Source of the DNA: Candidatus Binatia bacterium
Lineage (GTDB): Bacteria > Desulfobacterota > Binatia > HRBIN30
Assembly: GCA_050015455.1 (NCBI GenBank)
Contig: JBEKBJ010000009.1
Span: forward strand, 8,508 to 72,507
DNA: 64,000 bases
Direction: 5' to 3'
The notes beneath the pieces are model-generated. The model did no database searches. It worked only from the letters and a program-made list of their open reading frames with translations, and was not told where the DNA came from. The translations under genes and the position numbers were made by a program. Below are positions 54,293 to 61,912 of this stretch, in pieces; position 1 is the first letter of the stretch; every line of letters starts with the position of its first letter.

Positions 54293-55306
54293 TCACAGCC
54301 TTTCGATCGCGGCGGCGATTTCGCGCGTGACGCCGTCGCGCACGGCCTTGGCTGCCACCTTGATAGCGTTCTTGATGGCGCCGGCGTTTGAGCGGCCGTG
54401 CGATTTGATCATGAGGTGCTCGAAGCCGAGGATCGGCGCCCCGCCGTACGCGGCGTAGTCAGTGAGATCCCGCAAGCGGCCGAAACTGTTCGCCAACATG
54501 AAGAAGCCCAGCTTCCAGCGCCAATTGTCGCGGCGCGCCGTTCCCGCTAGGTCAACGACCACTTCGGCTAAGCCCTCCAGCAACTTTAGCACAACATTGC
54601 CGAGCAGCCCCTCGCAGACGATAACGTCCGCCTTGCCTTTGGCGAGGTCGTTGCCTTCGATGTTGCCGACGAAGTTGAGGTCTGGAATGCGCTTGAGGTA
54701 ACGGTGCGCGTTGACAAGGGCGTCGCCTCCTTTGGTCTCCTCGGCGCCCATGTTGAGCAGAGCCACCCGTGGGCTCGGTACCTTGGAGACGTGGCGCGCA
54801 TAGGCACTGCCCATCAAGGCGAACTGCACGAGTTCCGTGGTATCACAACGGATGGTTGCGCCGACATCGAGCAACAGCGCCAGTTGATCCTGGCCGGGGT
54901 ACTCGGTCTGGCGCGGATACACGCTGGCCAGCGCTGCCTTGCGTACGCCGCGGACTATCTTGAAGTGTTGTCCGCAAGCCAGCACGGCGGCGCCCGTGTT
55001 GCCGGCGGTCACTACAGCGTCGGCCTCCCCTTCGGACACCAATCGCGCTGCCACCAGCACGGAGGCGTTGCGCTTCTGCCGCAGCGTGCGCTTCGGGTCC
55101 TCCGCCATGGAAATGAAATCGCGGGTGTGGTGGACACCGATGTGCGCCGGGTTGTAGGGAACGCGATCGAGAGCGGCCTGGATCTGCGCCTCGTCGCCCA
55201 CTAGCGTGCAGTGGATGTCAGTCTCAAGCGAAGCCTGCGCCACACCTTTGACTACCTCTTCGGGAGCGAGATCCCCGCCCATGGCATCAACAGCAATGGT
55301 CGGCAT
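54293..55306 (-). CDS. plsX: Phosphate acyltransferase PlsX
   Basis: IAVDAMGGDLAP, AGNTGA, LLNMGAEETKG, FVGNIEG, YGGAPILG, KSHGRS. Confidence 0.92.
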   Translation of the reverse strand: MPTIAVDAMGGDLAPEEVVKGVAQASLETDIHCTLVGDEAQIQAALDRVPYNPAHIGVHHTRDFISMAEDPKRTLRQKRNASVLVAARLVSEGEADAVVTAGNTGAAVLACGQHFKIVRGVRKAALASVYPRQTEYPGQDQLALLLDVGATIRCDTTELVQFALMGSAYARHVSKVPSPRVALLNMGAEETKGGDALVNAHRYLKRIPDLNFVGNIEGNDLAKGKADVIVCEGLLGNVVLKLLEGLAEVVVDLAGTARRDNWRWKLGFFMLANSFGRLRDLTDYAAYGGAPILGFEHLMIKSHGRSNAGAIKNAIKVAAKAVRDGVTREIAAAIERL

Positions 55307-55356
55307 AGCTGGGAATGACTCCTCAACGGCTGTTTGCATACCGTCAGCCGGCGGAG

Positions 55357-55385
55357 TTGACAATATTGCGTCCTTTCTCTAACCA
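55357..55385 (+). promoter_or_regulatory. Putative sigma70 promoter of rplU-rpmA
   Basis: TTGACA-17 nt-TAACCA just upstream of rplU. Confidence 0.4.
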
Positions 55386-55411
55386 AGTAGTTCGTTCGGC
55401 TGGAGACCAGC

Positions 55412-55747
55412 ATGAGCTATGCAGTGATTCGTACCGGCGGGAAGCAGTACCGCGTGGCCCTCGGAGACGTCATCCGAGTGGAGAAGCTAGGCGGCGATCC
55501 AGGGGCGGAAGTCGAGTTCCGGGAAGTGCTGATGACCGCAGATGGCGATGCGGTGCGGCTAGGCACGCCGCTGGTGGCGGGCGCGCGGGTCGCCGGACAG
55601 GTGCTCGAGCACGGCAAGGCCAAGAAGATCATGGTCTTCAAGAAGAAGCGGCGCAAGAACTACCGTCGGCATCAAGGGCACCGGCAGGAGTTCACTGCGG
55701 TACGGGTGACCAACATCGAAACGGGGGCAGAGAGTCATGGCCCATAA
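55412..55747 (+). CDS. rplU: 50S ribosomal protein L21
   Basis: [29 protein letters not shown]. Confidence 0.97.
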   Translation: MSYAVIRTGGKQYRVALGDVIRVEKLGGDPGAEVEFREVLMTADGDAVRLGTPLVAGARVAGQVLEHGKAKKIMVFKKKRRKNYRRHQGHRQEFTAVRVTNIETGAESHGP

Positions 55748-55991
55748 GAAAGGGCAAGGCAGTACTCGCAACGGACGCGACAGCCACGGCCAACGCCGCG
55801 GCGTGAAGGTCTTTGCGGGACAGTTTGCGAAAGCCGGCAACATCCTCGTGCGCCAGGTCGGGACGCGGGTGCACCCGGGCAAGAACGTCGGTATGGGCCG
55901 CGATTTCACGCTGTTTGCCAAGATCGACGGCATCGTTAGCTACGAGCGCGTTGGCAAGGACCGCCGTCAGGCCCACATCTTTCCAGCATAG
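55737..55991 (+). CDS. rpmA: 50S ribosomal protein L27
   Basis: [31 protein letters not shown]. Confidence 0.97.
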   Translation: MAHKKGQGSTRNGRDSHGQRRGVKVFAGQFAKAGNILVRQVGTRVHPGKNVGMGRDFTLFAKIDGIVSYERVGKDRRQAHIFPA

Positions 55992-55998
55992 CTGCATT

Positions 55999-56026
55999 TG
56001 TCATGCCCGCGAAAGCGGGCGTCCAA
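55999..56026. repeat. REP-like hairpin (GTCATGCCCGCGAAAGCGGGC)
   Basis: gcccgc-gaaa-gcgggc stem-loop preceded by tgtcat and followed by gtcca. Confidence 0.55.
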
Positions 56027-56111
56027 GCGCAGGCGGCGCCCTCCAGGTCGAAGCGCGGGCTCGCCGCTTTCCTTTTCGGGGTGTCGTCGCTAACCTCCGC
56101 TAGCAGGCGAG

Positions 56112-56201
56112 ATGAAATTCATCGATGAAGCCGAAGTCGACGTGCGAGCCGGCGACGGCGGGCGCGGGTCTCCTCTTGGACAGGGGACAGGGCGAAGGTG
56201 A
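56112..56201 (+). pseudogene. obgE: Truncated 5' remnant of GTPase ObgE
   Basis: ATG 56112 reads MKFIDEAEVDVRAGDGGRG (Obg N-terminus), then runs into unrelated REP-like sequence and stops at 56201; lies in the canonical rplU-rpmA-obg-proB position. Confidence 0.85.
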
Positions 56202-56210
56202 GGGCCTGCG

Positions 56211-57389
56211 GTGAGTAGCCAAGCGTCCTCCAGCTTGCACCTCACGCACAAGCAGCGCCTGCTCAAGCGCGTCCGCCGCGCTGTCATCAAGATCGGCAGC
56301 AGCATCCTCTCCGGCCAGACCGGCATCAATCGCCTGCGGCTGCGCTCGCTGGCAGAAGAGATCTGCGCCCTGCACCAACGCGGCGTAGAGTTGGTGGTGG
56401 TGAGTTCGGGCGCGGTCGCGGCCGGGATGGCCCGCCTCGGTGTGACGGAACGCCCGAAGAGCATGCCGCAACGACAAGCCGCGGCGGCCGTCGGGCAGAT
56501 CGATCTGATGGCGCTGTACAAAGAGTACTTCGCGCTGCACGCGACGCAGGTGGCGCAGATACTCCTGACCCACGACGACCTGGCGGACCGCAGTCGCTAT
56601 CTCAACGCGCGGCACACCATCGAGACCCTAATCGCGGCTGGCGTAGTGCCCGTAGCCAACGAAAACGACACGGTCGTGATCGACGAACTGATGAGGAATT
56701 TTGGCGATAACGACAACCTCTCTGCGCTGATTGCTGGCCTGGTAGAAGGGGACCTTTTGGTGCTGCTGAGTGATGTTGCTGGACTGTATACGGAAGATCC
56801 GCACGCACATCCCGACGCCCAACTGGTGGCGGTGGTCGAGGATGCCAGCCGGGCCGCTGCCTCCTGTGCCATGGACGGGCGCGGCGCGCTCGGCACCGGC
56901 GGGATGGCATCGAAGTTCGCGGCCGCCAGAAAGGCGGCGGCGGCCGGCATCCCGACCGTCATTGCCGACGGACTGCACGCCGGAGTGCTGCCGGCGGTGT
57001 TCGACCCTCGCCAGGCAGTGGGTACACTCATCCTGCCCAGAGGCGACCGGCTGGCTCGGCGCAAGCACTGGATCGCGTACACGCTGAAGCCCGCCGGCAC
57101 GCTCATCGTCGATCAAGGCGCGTTCGAGGCGATCGTGCAGAAGGGGCGCAGTCTGTTGCCGAAGGGCCTGAAGGAAGTGCAGGGGAAGTTCGGCAGCGGC
57201 GAGTGCGTCCGCTGCGTCGATCTATCCGGCCGTGAGTTCGCGCGTGGCCTGGTGAACTACAGTGCCGGCGATCTGGAGAAGATCAAGGGCGCCCATTCGG
57301 CGCGCATCGAGAGCATCCTCGGTTACCAGCTCACCGACGAAGTCATCCACCGCAATGATCTCGTCCTGACCGGCAGTCCGGAGTCCTGA
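56211..57389 (+). CDS. proB: Glutamate 5-kinase with PUA domain
   Basis: VIKIGSS, VSSGAVAAG, AAVGQ, NENDTV, FGDNDNLSA, GTGGMASK, SLLPKG. Confidence 0.96.
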   Translation: MSSQASSSLHLTHKQRLLKRVRRAVIKIGSSILSGQTGINRLRLRSLAEEICALHQRGVELVVVSSGAVAAGMARLGVTERPKSMPQRQAAAAVGQIDLMALYKEYFALHATQVAQILLTHDDLADRSRYLNARHTIETLIAAGVVPVANENDTVVIDELMRNFGDNDNLSALIAGLVEGDLLVLLSDVAGLYTEDPHAHPDAQLVAVVEDASRAAASCAMDGRGALGTGGMASKFAAARKAAAAGIPTVIADGLHAGVLPAVFDPRQAVGTLILPRGDRLARRKHWIAYTLKPAGTLIVDQGAFEAIVQKGRSLLPKGLKEVQGKFGSGECVRCVDLSGREFARGLVNYSAGDLEKIKGAHSARIESILGYQLTDEVIHRNDLVLTGSPES

Positions 57390-57446
57390 GCGCCGTGTCC
57401 TGAAGGGGAATCACCGGTCAGGCCGTGAACCGTGTGGGGGGGGGCG

Positions 57447-58100
57447 TTACATGACCCGCAGACCGGCAATCTTCACCGCTCCACGATGGTAGCCCGAAGG
57501 GAACAGCTTTTCGAGCTCGTCGATCTCCATCCCGCACTTGGTACAGGTTTCAAGTACCGTGGGCACAATACCGGTGCGGGCGTGCTCGTCCCGTAAGAAA
57601 TGAATGACCTGCCGGTGTGCCTCCGTAAGCTGGCCGGCGATGCCCAACTCGGCGGCTTTGCCGGCGGCGAACCTCTCGTCCCACTCGGACGGGTCCCGCA
57701 GAAAACCCATGGCGTTCACCCGGTAAGTCTTCTCCTGGATGCCTCCGGCGCGGGCTGGCTCAGCCGTTGTGACCCGTGGTTCGGTCGTCACTCCCTCCAG
57801 ATAGGTCAGACCGGCCAGCTTGCAGGCTCCCCGCAGGTAGCCGGTCGGAAAGAGACGTCCCAGATCGGCGAGCTTCAAGTTGTTCTGCCGGCAGGTCTGG
57901 TAAACCAGGGGGCAGCGACCGGTCTCTTTTGCGGCGGCGCGCAGAAAGCGAATCACCTTCCAGTGCTCTTCCGTCAAACCCTCCGACATCCCGAGTTTGA
58001 GGGCCATTCCCCGGGCAAAGTTTTCGTCCCATTGTTCGGGAGCGACGAGAAAGCCCAAAATATCCGTCTCATAAGTTTTGCCGCCGTACTGAAATTCCAT
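57447..58100 (-). CDS. Tandem two-domain DsrC/TusE-like protein
   Basis: Two repeats of GFL..PxxWDExFA..LTExHxxVIxFLR..LFPxGYxRGAxKxAGL; RBS CAGGAGG. Confidence 0.85.
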   Translation of the reverse strand: MEFQYGGKTYETDILGFLVAPEQWDENFARGMALKLGMSEGLTEEHWKVIRFLRAAAKETGRCPLVYQTCRQNNLKLADLGRLFPTGYLRGACKLAGLTYLEGVTTEPRVTTAEPARAGGIQEKTYRVNAMGFLRDPSEWDERFAAGKAAELGIAGQLTEAHRQVIHFLRDEHARTGIVPTVLETCTKCGMEIDELEKLFPSGYHRGAVKIAGLRVM

Positions 58101-58151
58101 GTCAGCCTCCTGGGGGAAGTGTTCTTGTTTCGTTCATCGGGTCCCAAGCCG

Positions 58152-59327
58152 TCAGGCGCGTTCACGGATCCGAGCCACCGCCTCCAGGGCCGCATCCACT
58201 TCAGCCTCGGTGGTCGAGTATCCCAGGGAAAAACGCACGGTCCCGAAAGGCATGGTCCCGATGGTCCGGTGAGCCCCCGGTGCGCAATGGAGGCCGGTGC
58301 GGGTCAGAACCCCGAAACGCACATCCAGGAGGAAACCGACGTCAGTCGGCTCCATGCCATCCACGGTGATCGAGACGATGCTCACGGCTCGGTCGGCCTC
58401 CTCAGGACCGTAGACCCGCACGTAGGGGATCGCGCGCAAGCCGTCGCGGAAACGCCGCCACAAAGCCATCTCGTGGGCACGCACTGACTCTACGCCCCGC
58501 GCGAGGAGGAACTCCACACCCGCCTTGAGGCCGGCCAGACCATGGCCGTTGAGGGTACCGGCCTCGAATCTGTCGGGGAGGAATCCAGGTTGTCTGTCCG
58601 ATTCGGACACCGTGCCGGTGCCGCCTCGTTTGAACGGTTGAATGCGGGGGGCAACGTCGGGATGGACCACCAACCCTCCGGTCCCCTGCGGCCCGAGCAG
58701 AGACTTGTGGCCGGTGAAGGCCAAAACGCTCAAACCCAACTCCTGAAAGTTGACGGGATAGGCCCCGCATATCTGGGCCGCATCAACAATGAAGGGGATT
58801 TTGCGGCTGCGGCAAGCCCGCGCCACCGGTTCGATCTCCTGAAGGCTCCCCATGACGTTGCTGGCCCAGACCATGACCACGAACTGGGTGTCGTCCCTAA
58901 GGGCCTGGATGATCTCGTGGCTATCGCACAACCCCCGTTCATCAGCGGGCACGGTAATGATCCTGCACCCGTACCGCTCGCGTAGGTCCGCCAACGGGCG
59001 ACGCACGGAGTTGTGCTCGAGCATTGTGGTAACGATGCTCCCCCCGGGCTCGGCCAGGCCATAGATGGCCAGGTTGAGCGCCTCGGTCGCGTTGAGCCCG
59101 AAACAGACCCATTCGGGGGCACCGGCCCCCAGCAGCCTGGCGAGAGCCTCCCTGACCCCGTCAAGGAGTTCCGCAGATTCGATGCTCTTGCGGTGGGAGC
59201 TGCGCCCTCCTGAGCCGCCGATCTCCCGGGCAAAGGAGTCCATGGCGGCGTAGACCGACTCTGGCTTGGGAAAACTGGTGGCGGCGTTGTCCAGGTAAAT
59301 GACCTGGTCGTTTCCCTCGTGACTCAT
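58152..59327 (-). CDS. Cysteine desulfurase-family PLP enzyme (aminotransferase class V)
   Basis: IYLDNAATSFPKP, EHNSV, DAAQ, FTGHKSLLGPQGTG, EAGT, RTGLHCAP. Confidence 0.9.
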   Translation of the reverse strand: MSHEGNDQVIYLDNAATSFPKPESVYAAMDSFAREIGGSGGRSSHRKSIESAELLDGVREALARLLGAGAPEWVCFGLNATEALNLAIYGLAEPGGSIVTTMLEHNSVRRPLADLRERYGCRIITVPADERGLCDSHEIIQALRDDTQFVVMVWASNVMGSLQEIEPVARACRSRKIPFIVDAAQICGAYPVNFQELGLSVLAFTGHKSLLGPQGTGGLVVHPDVAPRIQPFKRGGTGTVSESDRQPGFLPDRFEAGTLNGHGLAGLKAGVEFLLARGVESVRAHEMALWRRFRDGLRAIPYVRVYGPEEADRAVSIVSITVDGMEPTDVGFLLDVRFGVLTRTGLHCAPGAHRTIGTMPFGTVRFSLGYSTTEAEVDAALEAVARIRERA

Positions 59328-59364
59328 GGATTTGGCTTCTTCTCCTTTATGAAAGGACACTACT

Positions 59365-59751
59365 CTACGAGCCCAGATGCTGCTTGACCATGGTCAGCAT
59401 CTTCTCCCTATCTACGGGCTTCGACAGGTAGCCCTCGGGCGGCGGCACCTGCCGGCGGGTAGAGATGAACCTCTCGAACTCCGTGGAGATGCCGGTAACG
59501 ATGATAATTGGAATGCTCTTCCACTTCTCGCTCTCTTTCATGTCCCGGTAGAACCTGACGCCGCTCTTGTGGGGCATGGTGATGTCCAGGGTGATGAGGT
59601 CTGGAGGGCTGGCCTTGACCTTTTCGAGTGCCTGATCGCCGTCCTCCGCTGCAACGGTGTCGTACCCGGCGTCCCCGAACAGTGTGCTGAGGTACGTGAC
59701 GGTATCGGGCTCGTCTTCAACGATCAGGATAGTCTTCTTATTTTCGGCCAT
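59365..59751 (-). CDS. Single-domain response regulator
   Basis: ILIVEDE, ITLDITMP, YLSKP. Confidence 0.9.
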   Translation of the reverse strand: MAENKKTILIVEDEPDTVTYLSTLFGDAGYDTVAAEDGDQALEKVKASPPDLITLDITMPHKSGVRFYRDMKESEKWKSIPIIIVTGISTEFERFISTRRQVPPPEGYLSKPVDREKMLTMVKQHLGS

Positions 59752-59829
59752 GTTTGTCTCTTCCTTCAGTCTGGGGAGACCCTCACCCGGGGTGCTCCGT
59801 GGGTTTTCGCAAGGCTACCGCATCGATGT

Positions 59830-60234
59830 TCAAGTATCCAGGAGGCGGAGCAACGCCTCCGCGTCCACGGGCTTTCCCAGCACGGCATCGGGTCCCCGAA
59901 TGCCCTTGTGAAAGGAGAGGTAGGATTTGCCGTAGTCTTCCAAGACCCGGTCATTGCCCGTAACCACGATCACCATGAGGTTGCTCCAGCGCGGACTGCT
60001 GCGCAACTTAACCAGCAGGTCCAGCCCCGACCTGCCCGGCATCAACACATCCATGATCACCGTATCGGCCGGGAATTCCTCGAGCTGGGAGAGAGCTTCC
60101 ACCTCGTCTTCCGCGGCGCGCACCTCGTATCCCTTGTCCTCCAGCAGCACCGACAGATAGAACGCCGTGTCCCGGTCGTCGTCCACCACGAGGACTCTCC
60201 CTCTTCCAGTGGATACGCCAGACATGCTGCTCAC
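59830..60234 (-). CDS. Single-domain response regulator
   Basis: VLVVDDD, IMDVLMP, VLGKP. Confidence 0.88.
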   Translation of the reverse strand: MSSMSGVSTGRGRVLVVDDDRDTAFYLSVLLEDKGYEVRAAEDEVEALSQLEEFPADTVIMDVLMPGRSGLDLLVKLRSSPRWSNLMVIVVTGNDRVLEDYGKSYLSFHKGIRGPDAVLGKPVDAEALLRLLDT

Positions 60235-60253
60235 CCTGGTTGTCTTCCGTCGC

Positions 60254-61723
60254 CTATTGTTCGCAGGCGCTCGGCTCGTCCACCAACGGGACGCTCGGGC
60301 GCGCTTCGAGAGGAAAGCGTACCAGGAACCGACTGCCGCGCTGCGGCTCCGAACTCACGTCGATGCGGCCGCCGTGTTTGCCAACGATCTTGTTCGCGAT
60401 GAACAGGCCGAGGCCGGTTCCCTTGATTCCCTTGGAGGTGAAGAACAGGGAAAAGATCTTCTCCCGCGTCTCGCGGTCCATGCCTATGCCGTTGTCCTCC
60501 ACGTCGAAGGTCATGAAGGGGGGCTCGCGGCCAACGTTCACTCTCACGAAGTGCTGGTCTTTACGCCGGTCGGCACGGCAGGCGTCCAGAGAGTTCTCGA
60601 CGATGTTCAACAGCACGGCTCGCACCGCCATCGCGTCGCCAGCGAACGTGCCAGCGTCGGGGGCGACGTCGATGGTCAGCTCCGTGTCGATGTCGCTGGC
60701 CTTCTTCTGCAAACCGTTCTCCAGGTCCGCGAACAGCTCGGCAGGGTTGACGTCGACCAGCGAAAGCTCTCGGTCCTTGGCATAGTAGAGGATGTCCATC
60801 ACCATGCTGCGGATACGGTCGACGTTGCGCTGGACCATTTCCCAGCCTCTTTCAATCCGGGCTCGATCGTCACTGGCGAAGCCCGAGTTGACGAGGTAGA
60901 TGCCGCCATCCAAGCCCATGAGCAAGCCCTTGATCCCGTGTGAGATCGAGCCCACGAGCAGGCCGATTGAGGTGAGCTGCGACTGCAACTGCCGGATCTC
61001 CGTGATGTCGGCGGACATCTCGATGACGGCCTCGGGCTTGCCTTCGGAGTTGAAGATCGGCGCGGTCGTGGCCAGCACGTTGATCCTCTCTCCCGCGGCC
61101 GAGGTCACGACCTCCTCGGTGCTCCGGCACTGGCCGTCCTCCAGGGTCAGCCGGGCGGCGCACACCAGGCAAGGCTCCTCGCGGTGCTTGTAAACCTTGT
61201 AGCAGTAGTTCCCCACCGCCGGCCCGAAGGTCTCGCGAAAGCGCCGGTTGGCGTTTCGGATCATCAGGTCCTGGCCCTGCACGGAGATGTAGCACGGGAC
61301 CTCCTCGAAGAGCTGAGCAAAGTGCTCCTGGCTGCGCTGCAGGAGGTTCTGGAGTCTCTTGAACTCGTCGATCACTGTGAGCATCTCCATGACCGACACG
61401 ATGTTGCCACCTTCGTCGCAACAAAAGGGCGTAGTATGCACCAGGACGTGCCTTTGCTTGCCGTGTCGCGTGAGCAGGAGTTGCTCGTTCGAGTGACTCT
61501 TCCCGTCTGTGAAGGTCATCTCGACGGGGCAGTTCTCACACACATCTTCTCGCTGCTTGTACACGCGGTAACAGAAGTCGCCGATGATGCGCTCGCCGAA
61601 GTCCGTGCGAACGCGGCGGTTGGCATCGATGATGCGGAAGTCCCGGCCGTGGACGGACAAGTAGCAAGGCATCTCCTCGAAGTACTGCTCGTAAGTAATG
61701 ATCGTGGGAATTCGATCGTCCAT
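60254..61723 (-). CDS. Cytoplasmic PAS-PAS histidine kinase
   Basis: Two PAS repeats each with CYxVYKxRExxCxxC; ISHGIKG H-box, NIVENSLDA, DNGIG, FFTSK..GTGLGL; RBS GGGAGG before ATG 61723. Confidence 0.88.
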   Translation of the reverse strand: MDDRIPTIITYEQYFEEMPCYLSVHGRDFRIIDANRRVRTDFGERIIGDFCYRVYKQREDVCENCPVEMTFTDGKSHSNEQLLLTRHGKQRHVLVHTTPFCCDEGGNIVSVMEMLTVIDEFKRLQNLLQRSQEHFAQLFEEVPCYISVQGQDLMIRNANRRFRETFGPAVGNYCYKVYKHREEPCLVCAARLTLEDGQCRSTEEVVTSAAGERINVLATTAPIFNSEGKPEAVIEMSADITEIRQLQSQLTSIGLLVGSISHGIKGLLMGLDGGIYLVNSGFASDDRARIERGWEMVQRNVDRIRSMVMDILYYAKDRELSLVDVNPAELFADLENGLQKKASDIDTELTIDVAPDAGTFAGDAMAVRAVLLNIVENSLDACRADRRKDQHFVRVNVGREPPFMTFDVEDNGIGMDRETREKIFSLFFTSKGIKGTGLGLFIANKIVGKHGGRIDVSSEPQRGSRFLVRFPLEARPSVPLVDEPSACEQ

Positions 61724-61912
61724 GCTGTCCTCCCGCGGTGCCAGCATGTGGTGCTGGCCGAGCATGCGCCGGTGTTCCCTCCCCGGCCGGGCAGGCGGAG
61801 CACCCGGCGTCAGGCCATCAGCCTCGGGGGTGTGGCTTCATCATAATCCTCGAAATACTCGAACACCTCGCGAACAGCCGTGCGCCTTCGCTTTGCCCCG
61901 GCGCAGAGCGCC

